DNA of 64,000 nucleotides from Candidatus Binatus sp. (GCA_035476275.1 DATILR010000440.1:1284-65283), one strand, 5' to 3'; shown: positions 19,701-31,791, numbered from the stretch's first letter. The notes: a model not told the origin generated them from the sequence alone. Made by a program: numbers and translations.

Positions 19701-20218
19701 CCGTGGCGAAGCCCGTAACGAAGCACCAGCTCGCGCGCGGCCGGGTCCCCGCGCCGCACGCGGTCCACCAGCTCCTCCTCGACGGCCGCCTCGACGTAGC
19801 CATGGCTCTCGTGCTCGTCGAGTATGGTGGCGCGGGGGTCGATCCTCGCCTCGAGCGGGTTCTCGCGCAGCACCCGGGCGCAGAAGGCGTGGATGGTCGA
19901 CACCTGCGCCGCCAGGAGCTCGCGGCGCACGCGCTCCCAGTACCGGCGCTCGCCGCCGATCGCCCGGTCGAGTTCGACACCGAGGAGCACGTGGATCTTC
20001 TGCTTCATCTCCGCCGCGGCCTTCTCGGTGAACGTGATGGCGAGGATGCGGCCCACGTCCTCGACCAGGGCCACGGCCTCGGGCCGCGGCCGCAGGAGGT
20101 GCAGGAAGCGGTGGGCGAGCACGGTCGTCTTGCCGGAGCCGGCTCCGGCCCGCACCGCGACCGAGCCCTCGGCCCGGATGGCGAGCCATTGCTCGGGCGT
20201 CGGCCCGTGCTCAGGCAT
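16655..20218 (-). CDS. addA: AddA/RecB-like UvrD-family helicase fused to a C-terminal PD-(D/E)xK nuclease (1187 aa)
   Basis: Helicase motif I (AGAGSGKTT), UvrD-type motifs (TFTEKAAAEM, VDEFQDTD, IYGFRGAD, TIHQAKGLEFPVV) and a C-terminal RecB-type nuclease region. The start overlaps the addB stop by 8 nt. Confidence 0.9.
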   Translation of the reverse strand: MPEHGPTPEQWLAIRAEGSVAVRAGAGSGKTTVLAHRFLHLLRPRPEAVALVEDVGRILAITFTEKAAAEMKQKIHVLLGVELDRAIGGERRYWERVRRELLAAQVSTIHAFCARVLRENPLEARIDPRATILDEHESHGYVEAAVEEELVDRVRRGDPAARELVLRYGLRHGRQGGAVGVSVRLLASLGRMGRDEAWLAAALERQEALAPAATEGVREAAARIAVHVGTALGTPRDTPGMARLREAWPPLEAMLDGMGRAGTPREAVETNRLEDLCRLLGGARLASVRDDLRLDGLRLRGVLAEESGFLAALAPARRLTGLLAALGAALRERKRVDGVLTFDDLIAEARALLVTHPAVGARYARELRAILVDEFQDTDAVQAEVIEQLARPGVPLFLVGDEKQSIYGFRGADVTVFRRARERLGGELPLGRNFRSVPGVLDFVNALAAATMQVPAEIPDPDRDHWTVFDPEHRLVADRSATSTRPSVSLVTFAREHARRALSAAEARELEARVLAGVITELHERADQPVRYGDIAVLFRALDQVKAYEYALRRSAIPHYVVKGRGFFQCQEVRDVASLLATIADARNGVALAAVLRSPFFALDDALLARLAWPAGAERPALTRRFGASETFADLGDAAPRLVVIRDLLRRLRALRSRATIADLLTEALAATDFEAVCLTQFQGAQKVANVRKLIELARDAERRRFFTLRDFVALVEDLGERQPREPEAQLVGEQDDVVRMMTIHQAKGLEFPVVVLVDLGRRLERDNDTAVIDEDLGVLVAPVAGAGLHPQSQARLEAYRARAWNRTRAEHARLLYVAGTRARDELVLLEGKGQNRYLASGEGDRHVWCHQIWDLLGREPLRAFVAGNEAETVLPVPGGGAVRVVAAAGYLERRRSEPPGDPAPVEAPATDVERALVARVLDFRPPAPVEVVTSPTALADFRRCPRQFWYRHVIGLPERGTGGTRATLLGTAAHGVLEAIDLATAGDADVEREVAARPEIPLLRPGERARLAADLCAAVATLGAELRAGLEIVGREVPFVLPLPRRQPRVFLQGRIDVLGRRGSVPLVRDYKYATPSDAAVAAYADQLAAYRLAVAADAAGELVFLRDGPAVRTLPPLDAEAQVEALVEAGVALGAARASGAPTAFPKRPPARPVCEQLGCGYAGRCWGRELTDRAPGPPIDSAAT

Positions 20219-23200
20219 CGGTCGCCTCGTCCTCGAGCGGCGGGGGCTGGTAGCGACAGACGCTGCGATACGCGCACCAGGGATCGCAGGGATCGGGGTC
20301 CACGTCGAAGCGACCGGCGCGGGCGCGCGCGGCGAGGGCGTGGATGCGGGCGGTGACGTCGACCTCGAGAAGAGTCCGAGGGAGGAGCTCGGTCAGCCGC
20401 TGCTGCTGACGTCGCGCGAGCAGCACGAGGAAGCCGCCCTCGAGCTCGGTCGAGGGCGAGACGCCGGCGATCTCCTTCGCCAGCGCGCCGAGCAGATAGA
20501 CCGGGAGCTGGAACGCGGTACGTCCGAGGTCCCGGTCCGCCTTCAGCGCGGCCGAGTAACGGCGGGCGTCGCGTGTCACCTTGTAGTCGAGGACACGGAG
20601 TCGCTCGCCGATCGGACCCCGTCGCTCGACCTCGACCCGATCCGGCACCCCGTGGAGCACGAGCGGCGGTCCTCCCGCCGGATCGGCGAGGGCGAACTCG
20701 ACCGCTTGCTCGAGCCAGCGCTCGACCACCAGCCCCAGCCGGTCGCGCTCCTCCTGCGCCTCGTGCTCGCGTACGATCAGGTCGTCGAGCCCGGCCGCGA
20801 GCCGCACCCAGGTGAGGTCGAAGAAGGCACGGTCCTTCGCGGGGATCGTCTCCGCGCCGATCGCCTGCGCCCGCGCGAGGAAGCTGGCGCCGAGGGCGCG
20901 CGCCGCCTCGCGGCCAGCAGGGAGGCGGGGGTGCTCGCGCAGGAAGGCCTCGAGCACGCGGTGGAAGATCTTCCCTTGCTCGCTCGGGATGACGTCCAGC
21001 TCGGGAGGCGGCTCCTCGTGTACGCCGAGCAGGTAGGCGGCGAAGAACTTGAAGCCGCAGGCGGCGAGCCGCTCGAGTCGGCTGGGACTCCACCGCATGG
21101 CTGCGACGTGCGTCTCGAGCGGCCCGAGCTCACCCGCGAGCCGGCCGACGTAGGCGTCGGCGAGCGCCTCTTTACGCGCCTTCTCGGCGCGCGGGGTGAG
21201 GAAGTACCGGCTCCGACGGATCTCGATCTCCGCCCGCGCGTCGACTCCTCCGATACGCGCCGGCCCGTCCGGAAGGGCCACCCGGAGGGCCGGCGCGAGC
21301 CGGTCCGGAAACGCGCTCTGTTCGCCGCGCGCCGCCGCCCAGCGGTCGAAGGCGGCACGCGCCAGCAGCTCCGCGGGCTCGCAGCACGCCGCCGCGTGCG
21401 GGATGAGCACCATCCCACTCACGACGCGGGGAGCGAGTCCTCCCTCGAGGCACGCCGCCACCTCGTCGACGAAGGGCGACACCACGGTCGGATTGCCCCG
21501 CTGGTCCTTGGCTGGACACGAGAGCACGAGCTCGCGCTCGGGCATGGAGAGGGCGAGAAAGAACAGGAACGGGTCCTCGAGACTGGCCTCGCGTGCCGTG
21601 CGGAGGCATCCCGCCAGCGGCAGGCCCTCGGCACGGGCCCCGAGTTTCTGGCGGAGGACCCGCGCCGCGAGCGGATTCAGGTCTCGCTTGAGCCCGTCGG
21701 GCAGGAGTGGGCTCTCCCGTCGGGCCGCCGGAAACGTGCCGTCGTCGAGCCCGAGGAGGTACACGACGTCGAAGTCGAGGCCCCTGGCGTCGAGCACGCT
21801 GAGAGCGCGGACGCTGCCCGCCGGGTCGAGCGTCTCCCCGATCTCCTGGGGTTCCAGGGCTGCGACCAGGAGCCGGATGAAGTCGTCGAGAGAGGCCGGC
21901 TCCGTCCCCATCACGGGCGTGAGGCTGACGAGCGCCGCGAGCGTCTCCTCGAGGCGGATCTGGGCCTGCCCGTCGCCCCGTGCCGCCGCGAGGGCGCGGT
22001 CGTCGGGCAGGACGGGCCGGAGACGGAGGGCCCTGAGCGCCCGACGGAAGGCGCGAACGTGTGAGGCTACCGTCCGTCGGCGGTCGAGGGGGCGGAGGAT
22101 CGCCATCACCCGGGCGCATTCCTCGCCGCGGGCCATGAGCGTCGCGGCTCGCGACGCGGCGCCGGAGGGTTGGTCGGAAATCCTGGCCGCCGCGGCCGCG
22201 ACGCACTCGGCCAGCGGGCGAGCAGCCTCGGCGACGAACCCCACCTCCCGGAGCATCCGCGCGAGACCGGGTCCGCCGGCGCGAAAGTAGTCGGTGTCGA
22301 GCAGGGCCGCCAGGCGACCGTACGGAAATCCCTCGGCGACGCACCGGAGCACGTTCAGGCAGGCGCGCACGAGACCGCTCGCCAGGACGGCCCGGCCCTT
22401 CCGGAAGTAGACGGGGATGCGAAAGCGGCGGCAGACGTCCTCGATCAGGTCGGCGTAGAGCGTCAGGTCCCGGGCGAGAAGGGCGATCCGCTCGGGGGAG
22501 TCTCCCCGCTCGAGGCGGGTCCGGATGGCCCGCCCGGCAGCCTCCACCTCCCGGTATCGGTCGGGCGCCAGTACGAACGTGATCGACCCGTCGCCGGGAA
22601 CGGGCGGTGGCCGGTCGGGGGCGAAAACCCCGCGGAGCGCGGCCGCCAGGGCACCCTGACGCCCACCGCGGGCGACGAAGGACGGGAGGACCTGGTCGGC
22701 GATGTCCTCGGCACCGACGAAGCGGTTCCAGGTGCGGTCGAGGAAGCGCGTCGCGTCCACGTTCTCCGGATGGGCAAAGGCGATCAGCTCGGCATCCCCG
22801 ATCAGGCGGATCAGACTCGTGGCGATCAGGAACTGGAGGACGGAGAAGTCGTACACCTCCGCGAAGACGATCCGGCGCACGCCGACGATCGTGCGCGGAC
22901 GCGCGTCCGTGCGCTCCGCCGCGGCGAGACCATCGCACACGCGCCACTCGCGGCCGTGACGGTCTACGGCGCCGAGACGATCGAGGATCGCCTCGTATCG
23001 TGCATAGATGCACGCGATGGCGGCGAGCCGCCGGCGCTCGGCGGCCGCGCCGATGGCCGCCCCCATCGACTCGACGTCGGCCGGGGAGAGATAGGCTGCC
23101 TTCAGCTCCTCGATGGCGCCGAGGAGCTCACCCACGAGCCCCGGACCGGCGCCCCGCAGCTCCGGCGGGTCGGTCGTATCGAGGGCGTGCGCCAGGACGA

Positions 23201-23408
23201 TGGTCGCGAGCTCGGGTTCGAGCACGCGTGCGCGGACGCGAAGATCCCGGGCGAGCGACTCCGTGAGCTGCGGAAACGTCGTCACCCGAGCACCGACGAC
23301 GGCGCCGTGCCGTCGCGCCTCGTCGCGCAGGACGGTCCGGGCCTTGAGGGCGGTCGGAAAGACGAAGAGGGTGTCGGGGCTCAGCGACCCTGCTTCAGGC
23401 GCACGCAC
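20211..23408 (-). CDS. addB: AddB-like helicase-nuclease subunit (1065 aa) with a C-terminal Fe-S cysteine cluster
   Basis: Sits immediately upstream of and overlaps addA. Inactivated-helicase-like N-terminal region. C-terminal nuclease region with a CDPWCAYRSVCRY cysteine array, typical of the AddB iron-staple nuclease. Confidence 0.8.
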   Translation of the reverse strand: MRAPEAGSLSPDTLFVFPTALKARTVLRDEARRHGAVVGARVTTFPQLTESLARDLRVRARVLEPELATIVLAHALDTTDPPELRGAGPGLVGELLGAIEELKAAYLSPADVESMGAAIGAAAERRRLAAIACIYARYEAILDRLGAVDRHGREWRVCDGLAAAERTDARPRTIVGVRRIVFAEVYDFSVLQFLIATSLIRLIGDAELIAFAHPENVDATRFLDRTWNRFVGAEDIADQVLPSFVARGGRQGALAAALRGVFAPDRPPPVPGDGSITFVLAPDRYREVEAAGRAIRTRLERGDSPERIALLARDLTLYADLIEDVCRRFRIPVYFRKGRAVLASGLVRACLNVLRCVAEGFPYGRLAALLDTDYFRAGGPGLARMLREVGFVAEAARPLAECVAAAAARISDQPSGAASRAATLMARGEECARVMAILRPLDRRRTVASHVRAFRRALRALRLRPVLPDDRALAAARGDGQAQIRLEETLAALVSLTPVMGTEPASLDDFIRLLVAALEPQEIGETLDPAGSVRALSVLDARGLDFDVVYLLGLDDGTFPAARRESPLLPDGLKRDLNPLAARVLRQKLGARAEGLPLAGCLRTAREASLEDPFLFFLALSMPERELVLSCPAKDQRGNPTVVSPFVDEVAACLEGGLAPRVVSGMVLIPHAAACCEPAELLARAAFDRWAAARGEQSAFPDRLAPALRVALPDGPARIGGVDARAEIEIRRSRYFLTPRAEKARKEALADAYVGRLAGELGPLETHVAAMRWSPSRLERLAACGFKFFAAYLLGVHEEPPPELDVIPSEQGKIFHRVLEAFLREHPRLPAGREAARALGASFLARAQAIGAETIPAKDRAFFDLTWVRLAAGLDDLIVREHEAQEERDRLGLVVERWLEQAVEFALADPAGGPPLVLHGVPDRVEVERRGPIGERLRVLDYKVTRDARRYSAALKADRDLGRTAFQLPVYLLGALAKEIAGVSPSTELEGGFLVLLARRQQQRLTELLPRTLLEVDVTARIHALAARARAGRFDVDPDPCDPWCAYRSVCRYQPPPLEDEATDA

Positions 23409-23602
23409 TCAGTGGCCTCGAACCCGACCTTCTTGTGCGTGCTGTCACAGAACGGCTTGTTGCCCGAGCGTCCACAGCGGCAGAGGTAGATGGCATCGTC
23501 GGAAGGAGGGTAGGAGGCGCCCTCGAAATCCATGACGTCGACCTTCCCCGACACCTCATACGGTCCGTTCTTCAGCACGCGGATCGTCACGTCGGCCATC
23601 TC
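23381..23602 (-). CDS. CDGSH-type iron-sulfur domain protein (73 aa)
   Basis: CDGSH signature (CRCGRSGNKPFCDSTH). ATG preceded by a GAGGGGAGG RBS. The longer ORF extension was rejected. Confidence 0.8.
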   Translation of the reverse strand, partial: EMADVTIRVLKNGPYEVSGKVDVMDFEGASYPPSDDAIYLCRCGRSGNKPFCDSTHKKVGFEATECVRLKQGR

Positions 23603-23764
23603 GCAGCCTCCCCTCGGTTGAATTCTCTTCTGCCCGCCATGGCTGACCGGGTCAACGCGGCCGTGCTGCCGCGCCACGCCGCGCATGCGTGCAGGATCGA
23701 CTCTCGCGCCGAGCGAGGAAAACCGGGGCCGCAGGACGGCACGCTACCTGCTACGGAAGACGCC

Positions 23765-24016
23765 ATGGCGCGCTCGAGAGCGATGGAGGCGGAGGTGCAG
23801 GAAGGCGCACGCACGGGCACGGTGCGCATCGAGGAGGAGTGCCTCGAGCTGGACATGGCGAGCCCACAGGCGATCAACCTTCTCCGGCGTTGGGTGGGAC
23901 AGGTGAACGGTCCTGCCTACCCGCAGCCGTATCTGGTCGAAGGTCCTCCCGGTCGCTTCCGTCTGTACGTGGGCGCCGCGGCGGAGCGCGTCCGGACCCG
24001 CCACGGCATCGTCTGA
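23765..24016 (+). CDS. Hypothetical small protein (83 aa), doubtful
   Basis: The ORF lies between the CDGSH gene and tRNA-Ser, and its stop abuts the tRNA 3' end. No RBS or homology seen. Confidence 0.2.
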   Translation: MARSRAMEAEVQEGARTGTVRIEEECLELDMASPQAINLLRRWVGQVNGPAYPQPYLVEGPPGRFRLYVGAAAERVRTRHGIV

Positions 24017-24017
24017 G

Positions 24018-24107
24018 CGGAGAGGGAGGGATTCGAACCCTCGGTAGGGGTACTACCCCTACACACGCTTAGCAGGCGTGCACCTTCGACCACTCGGTCA
24101 CCTCTCC
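24018..24107 (-). tRNA. tRNA-Ser (anticodon GCT), long variable arm
   Basis: Reverse complement reads GGAGAGGTGACCGAGTGGTCGAAGG...CACGC-CTGCTAA-GCGTG...GGGTTCGAATCCCTCCCTCTCCG: acceptor stem GGAGAGG/CCTCTCC, anticodon GCT, extended variable arm. Confidence 0.9.
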
Positions 24108-24295
24108 AGGTCGGAGGGTGAGGAGCTACCACGTCCCTCCGGCTGCCGCCACTCGCACGTCCGCGAGCGGAAAAATCGCTCCTGACACGCGCTCCCTATA
24201 GCAGGCGCGCTTGACGCCGAACGGCAAGCTGCGAGACAAACGCTCGGCTGCTCCGCTGCCCCTCCAGGGGCGGCGCGGGCTCGAGGAGGGGCTCC

Positions 24296-24634
24296 ATGTC
24301 ACCGCCCGCGGCGCGAGGTACGCTCGCGCTTGTCGTCGTCAATCTCGCACTCCAGCTCTTCGACGGCGTGGCGACCTACGTCGGCCTCAACACCGGGGTC
24401 ACGGAGGGGAATCCGCTGCTCGCCTGGACGCTCGGCCGCATCGGCGCGACGCCCGCGCTCTGCCTGTTCAAGCTCCAGGCATGCGCCTGCCTGCTGCTAC
24501 TCTGGCGCCTACGGGGCCACCGCTTCGCGGTACCGGCCCTCGCCTTCAGCGCCGCCGTCTACATCGCCTGCTCGCTCGCCCCCTGGGCGGCGACGCTGGC
24601 GAGCATTCACTTCGACTTGTACAGCCCGTCGTAG
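24296..24634 (+). CDS. Hypothetical small membrane protein (112 aa)
   Basis: Three predicted hydrophobic helices. No recognisable family. Confidence 0.4.
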   Translation: MSPPAARGTLALVVVNLALQLFDGVATYVGLNTGVTEGNPLLAWTLGRIGATPALCLFKLQACACLLLLWRLRGHRFAVPALAFSAAVYIACSLAPWAATLASIHFDLYSPS

Positions 24635-24999
24635 ACCACGCCGCCGTCCGATCTGGACGGCTGGCTCGACGGCGTGTCGGCGTACTCGGTGCCGAAGAAC
24701 TGGATGGGTTCCGAGCCCTCTATGTTGGCGGGCCGGAGGAGCCACGTCCCGCTCAGGGTGGGCACCCAGAGCGCGTACGCCGCCCGGGTGTCTCCCCCGG
24801 TCGTGAAGCCGGCCAAGCCTCCGAGGATGAAGCCCGGGATTGCGACCACGATCTTCGCCGGTAGATAGAGGACGTTGAGGACGGTCGCGCTGATCGCGAG
24901 CCCGGCCTCCTCACCCCCGGAGTGCGGCTGTGCCTGGCTCGGGATTCCCCGCCCGAGCACGAGGGCGGCCACCGTCAATCCGACGACGAGCTTGCGCAT
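24607..24999 (-). CDS. Hypothetical secreted/membrane protein (130 aa)
   Basis: ATG after a GGAGGAGGG RBS. Signal peptide (MRKLVVGLTVAALVLG). Confidence 0.5.
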   Translation of the reverse strand: MRKLVVGLTVAALVLGRGIPSQAQPHSGGEEAGLAISATVLNVLYLPAKIVVAIPGFILGGLAGFTTGGDTRAAYALWVPTLSGTWLLRPANIEGSEPIQFFGTEYADTPSSQPSRSDGGVVYDGLYKSK

Positions 25000-25078
25000 T
25001 TGATGTCCCTCCTCGGCGCCGCGAGAGCCACGGCCCCACGTTCGTCCTTGCCACGCCCCGGCACGGGTCGCAAGCATT

Positions 25079-25603
25079 TTATGCGGGCGCGTCGAGGGCG
25101 GCCTGATACGCGCGATAGTCGGCCGCCGAGAAGAGGACGAAGCGTACCAGGGTGAGCGTGCCGGGCCGCGCGGCCAGCTCTTCTCGCACCGTCCCGAGGG
25201 CGATCAATGCCGCCTCCTCGATCGGGAACCGGTAGGCACCCGTCGAGATGGACGGGAACGCGATCGAGCGGAGGCGGTGCTCGACGGCCACCTCGAGGCT
25301 CCGGCGGTAGGCGCTGGCGAGCGCCGCGGGCTCCCCATGACGGCCGTCGCGGTAGACGGGCCCAACCGTGTGGATCACGAAGCGCGCTGGGAGGCGACCG
25401 CCGGAGGTGATCTTCGCGTCGCCGGTGGCGCACCCGCCGAGGCGGCGGCACTCCTCGAGGATCGCGGGCCCACCCGCACGGTGAATCGCGCCGTCTACCC
25501 CTCCCCCTCCGAGGAGCGCCGTGTTCGCCGCGTTGACGATCGCGTCCGTGTCCTGCCGGGTGATGTCGCCTTCGACGAGCTCGATCCGGGCGCCGCCCGC
25601 CAT
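25079..25603 (-). CDS. Macro-domain protein (O-acetyl-ADP-ribose deacetylase, YmdB-like)
   Basis: Canonical macro-domain motifs ([39 protein letters not shown]). Confidence 0.9.
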   Translation of the reverse strand: MAGGARIELVEGDITRQDTDAIVNAANTALLGGGGVDGAIHRAGGPAILEECRRLGGCATGDAKITSGGRLPARFVIHTVGPVYRDGRHGEPAALASAYRRSLEVAVEHRLRSIAFPSISTGAYRFPIEEAALIALGTVREELAARPGTLTLVRFVLFSAADYRAYQAALDAPA

Positions 25604-25611
25604 CGCCCGCC

Positions 25612-25860
25612 TCAGATGGACTCCGGCGCGTCCGGGCTCTCCGTCGGCTCCGGGGCGCGTGGCGTGAAGACGTCGGGTGCGCCGGGACCGTCGTCCTCGT
25701 CCGGGGCCGGCTCCAGGGAGCCGTCGCTCTCGTCGTCGTCATCGTCGAGGTCGGAGGTGGCGTGCGCGCCTGGCGAGCAGCTCGATTGCCGGAGCGCCGC
25801 CGCGGACGCAACGCTACACAGCAGGAACACGCCCAGCAGGGCGAGACATCGGAGCGACAT
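25612..25860 (-). CDS. Hypothetical small secreted acidic protein
   Basis: Signal peptide ([21 protein letters not shown]) followed by an Asp/Glu/Pro-rich tail. Confidence 0.35.
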   Translation of the reverse strand: MSLRCLALLGVFLLCSVASAAALRQSSCSPGAHATSDLDDDDDESDGSLEPAPDEDDGPGAPDVFTPRAPEPTESPDAPESI

Positions 25861-25980
25861 CCTCTCGCCGGTTAGCATCTTGGGGAGGGCTCCGGCAAAT
25901 GTGCGGGTGAGATTTTGGCCCTCGCGCGTTGCGCTTCGGCTCCCGTCGCGCTACACAGGGCGCCACTGGAGGGGTGCGTG

Positions 25981-26370
25981 ATGGGGAACGTGGCGGAGGC
26001 GGCGGAAGAGGCAGCGGCGGTCGTCTTCATCTGCGACCGCGAGGGGGCAGCACTGGAGCGGCGTGAGCGATGCCTCAAGCTTGCCGGCATCGCCTACCGG
26101 ATCCAGGCCGAGCGGCGTCCGTCCGGGACGTACTACAAGATCCACGTCCCGGGACACGATGCGGTCGCGGCGCACCTGGCGCTGCAGATGGGCGGCTGTG
26201 GACGGCCAGCCCGTCTGCGTGAGGGCCGGACGAGCTGGTCGGCTACCCTGAACGACATCGTCCGCATGGTCTGGGACGAGGTCGCCGTGCTCCTTGGCCG
26301 GGTCCGCGACCTCCTCGGCGGCGTGGCGCCGCGCCTGCTGCCCCGGCCCTCCGAGACGAGCCCGAACTAG
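25981..26370 (+). CDS. Hypothetical protein (129 aa)
   Basis: ORF with moderate coding-like composition, sitting divergently between the acidic-protein gene and clpB. No recognisable family. Confidence 0.35.
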   Translation: MGNVAEAAEEAAAVVFICDREGAALERRERCLKLAGIAYRIQAERRPSGTYYKIHVPGHDAVAAHLALQMGGCGRPARLREGRTSWSATLNDIVRMVWDEVAVLLGRVRDLLGGVAPRLLPRPSETSPN

Positions 26371-26432
26371 CTCCTCTCGTTTCCCCCTCCATAGCTTGAC
26401 GCGGCGCCCGACGGTGCGCAGTTTCCACCGCC

Positions 26433-29057
<2,625 letters not shown>

Positions 29058-29211
29058 CCTGCCGCGTCCCGACGGGCCGCGTCCTCTGCCCCGGGCCAGA
29101 AATGACTTGACGCCGTCTTTTGGCCAGGCGTAGCTATGGAGGGTTTGCAGGGGGCACCGGCGAAGCGCAGCTGGTAAGGTATCCATGGGTCCTCCGTCCG
29201 CGAGGCGGCAC

Positions 29212-31791
29212 ATGCGGCTGGTCTCCGCATCCAAGGGATCCCCGCCGACGGCGCCGAGGTGGTCCGGAAGCGCCGGGCTGACGCACTCGCCTGCCGTCGA
29301 GCCGGCCGAGCCGCGCGTGATGCCGCCCGTCGAGCCCTTGCATCCGCGCCACTACCGACGCTCCGTCCTGGCGACCGCCCTGGTCGCCATGCTGACGTGG
29401 TCGATCGTCGGCCTCCCCTATTCGCTCTTCAGCTGGTCGCTCGATCCGGTGCAGCTCGGCTGGGTGCTCTTCTGCTACGCGTGGGAGGTCCCCGTCGCTG
29501 GCGCGCTCGGCCCGGTGCTCTTCCCCCTCCTCTGGTTCCGCGACATCGAGCGGCGCTGGGACCGTGTCTTCGCGACACCGCATCGGATCGATGCAGCCGA
29601 GGCCGTGATCCTCGAGCGCTCCATCCTGGACTTTCCCATCCGGGTCGCCGGCGTGATGGTGGTCACGTCGGTCGTCGGCTACGGCGTCGGCGCACTCCAG
29701 CTCCGCCTCTTCGCCCAGACGCCCGTCGCCGAGGTCGTCAAGGTCTGCTCCCTCGGCATCGTGACGGGCCTCTCGGGGGCGCTCTTCGTCTTCCTCTATC
29801 TCGAGTCGCTGCTGACACCACTCACCGAGCGCTTCGGGCTGCTCGGCGGCGCCGTGCAGCCCGAGGGGCGTCGCGTGCCGCTGCACCAGAAGGTCTTCGC
29901 GTGTGCCCTCGTCACCACGCTCAGCGCGCTCATCCTGCTCGGCACCATCTTCTACAGCCGCGGCGAGCGCGTGCTCGAGGAGCAGCTCGGCGAGCGGGTG
30001 CTGGCCGAGGCCAACCAGCTGGCGGCTCAGGTCGACGCGATGGGTCCGCGCCACACGATCGACGCCAAGTGGTGGGGCGCGCAGCAAGCGGCGATGCGCC
30101 TCGGCGCCTCGGGTCGCGTCTACCTGGTCGACCGCGACGGTACCATCGTGGCGCAGCAGGGCTCGCTGCACGCGCTCGCGGACGAGGGCTTCCGGCCTGG
30201 CGTCCTGCACACCGTTCTCGCGGCACCCGACGGCTACGAGGTCGATCGCATCTACCACCCGCGGGTCATCGCCTTCGCGCCGCTCCGCGACCGACGGCGG
30301 CGTGTCGTGGCGGTGGTCGAGCGGAGCGACTTCGAGAGCGAGCTCGGGGCGATGCTCCGCCGCGGGCTCGTGGTCTTCACCGCCAGCCTGCTCCTCGCGC
30401 TCTTCCAGGCCCTCCTCTTCTCGCGCCGCCTCACGCGCCCGATCGAGGTGGTGACCGGGATGGCCGGCCGCATCGCGCGCGCACCCGGCGGCCCGTGGGA
30501 GACGGTCCCGGTCCGCACCAACGACGAGGTGGGCGAACTCGCGACCGCCTTCAACCAGATGATCGCTCGCCTGAACGAGGCGCGGCTCGGCCTCGAGCGG
30601 CGCATCAGTGAGGCCACGAGTCACATCGCGACGCTCTACGAGGTGGCGCGAACGACCACGTCCACCCTCGAGATCAAGGACGTGCTCACCCTGGTGGCCG
30701 AGAAGACGCTCGCCACGCTCGGCCTCGAGCGGCTCGTCGTCCTCTGGCACCCCTCGGAACTGGTCGACGTGGTCGACGCCTACGCGGCCACCGCCAACCG
30801 TCCCGGCGAACAGCTCGAGATCGGCCAGCCGGTCGATCTGGCCGAGCTCTGCCCCGGAGCCCGCCCGACCGTGACGCCCCTCTCCGCCCTCACCTCCTCG
30901 CTCCCCGACGCGCTCGCCGAACGGCTCGTGGCGCCGCGCGTGCTCTGTCTGCCGCTCGTGTTCAAGAGCCGTCTCCTGGGCGTGATCCTCGCCGGTCTGG
31001 GCGAGGATGCGCCGGCGCCGGATCTCGAGATGGCCGGCGCGCTCGCCACCCAGGCCGGCGCCGCGCTCGCCAACGCCGTGCTCTTCGAGGCGGTGCGCCA
31101 GAAGGAGGTCGAGCTCCGCAAGCTGTCGCAGCTGCGCGCGGAGCTGCAGGAAGAGAGCCTGCGCGCCATGTCGCGCGAGCTCCACGACGGCTTCGGCCAG
31201 GTGCTCACCGTCATCAACATGGACCTCGGCCTGGTGGAGCGGAACCTCGAGCGAGGGGCCGCGGCGATGCGCACCCCACTGCGCGACGCCCGCGATCAGC
31301 TGACGGTGCTCCTCCAGGAGGTGCGCACCATGTGCCAGGTGCTGCGCCCGCCGATGCTCGATTTCGGGCTCGTCCCGACGCTCCACTGGTTCGTCGAGAA
31401 GTACATCGAGCGGACACAGATCACCGTTGCCCTGCGCACGCCGCCCGAGGAGATGCGCCTTCCCGCACCCATCGAGCTCCTGCTCTACCGCGTCGCGCAG
31501 GAGGCCCTCACCAACGTGGCCAAGCACGCCCACGCACACCACATCGACGTCGAGCTCGCCGTGCGCGACGGCCACGCCGTCCTCTGCGTCGCCGACGACG
31601 GCGTCGGCTTCGAGGTAGAACGCTTCCAGCGAAAACCCGTGCTGGCAGGCGTCGGCCTCCTGGGGATGCGCGAGCGCGTGGCCTACTATCGCGGTGGCCT
31701 CGACATCCGCTCCCGTCCGCAGGCCGGGGCGCGCATCACGGTCACCATCCCGCTCGACGCGGCCACCAGCGACGGCGGCGCCGTCGCCTGA
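29212..31791 (+). CDS. Membrane sensor histidine kinase (HAMP, GAF-like and HisKA_3/HATPase_c domains); start uncertain
   Basis: N-terminal multi-TM sensor region and a HAMP linker (GELATAFNQMIARLNEARLGLERR). H-box of the NarX/DegS type (SRELHDGFGQVLT). ATP-binding region with the LGMRER motif. No response regulator is adjacent. Confidence 0.85.
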   Translation: MRLVSASKGSPPTAPRWSGSAGLTHSPAVEPAEPRVMPPVEPLHPRHYRRSVLATALVAMLTWSIVGLPYSLFSWSLDPVQLGWVLFCYAWEVPVAGALGPVLFPLLWFRDIERRWDRVFATPHRIDAAEAVILERSILDFPIRVAGVMVVTSVVGYGVGALQLRLFAQTPVAEVVKVCSLGIVTGLSGALFVFLYLESLLTPLTERFGLLGGAVQPEGRRVPLHQKVFACALVTTLSALILLGTIFYSRGERVLEEQLGERVLAEANQLAAQVDAMGPRHTIDAKWWGAQQAAMRLGASGRVYLVDRDGTIVAQQGSLHALADEGFRPGVLHTVLAAPDGYEVDRIYHPRVIAFAPLRDRRRRVVAVVERSDFESELGAMLRRGLVVFTASLLLALFQALLFSRRLTRPIEVVTGMAGRIARAPGGPWETVPVRTNDEVGELATAFNQMIARLNEARLGLERRISEATSHIATLYEVARTTTSTLEIKDVLTLVAEKTLATLGLERLVVLWHPSELVDVVDAYAATANRPGEQLEIGQPVDLAELCPGARPTVTPLSALTSSLPDALAERLVAPRVLCLPLVFKSRLLGVILAGLGEDAPAPDLEMAGALATQAGAALANAVLFEAVRQKEVELRKLSQLRAELQEESLRAMSRELHDGFGQVLTVINMDLGLVERNLERGAAAMRTPLRDARDQLTVLLQEVRTMCQVLRPPMLDFGLVPTLHWFVEKYIERTQITVALRTPPEEMRLPAPIELLLYRVAQEALTNVAKHAHAHHIDVELAVRDGHAVLCVADDGVGFEVERFQRKPVLAGVGLLGMRERVAYYRGGLDIRSRPQAGARITVTIPLDAATSDGGAVA

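Noticed and set aside
23435-23764. 5' half of the 193-aa plus ORF overlapping the CDGSH gene
   Set aside because: It overlaps the RBS-supported CDGSH gene on the opposite strand. Only the distal 83 codons were retained, as a low-confidence ORF.
29134-31575. 813-aa minus-strand ORF opposite the sensor kinase, and 29259-30611 (+) in an alternative frame
   Set aside because: Antisense or alternate-frame artefacts. The kinase frame carries HAMP, H-box and HATPase motifs; these ORFs do not.
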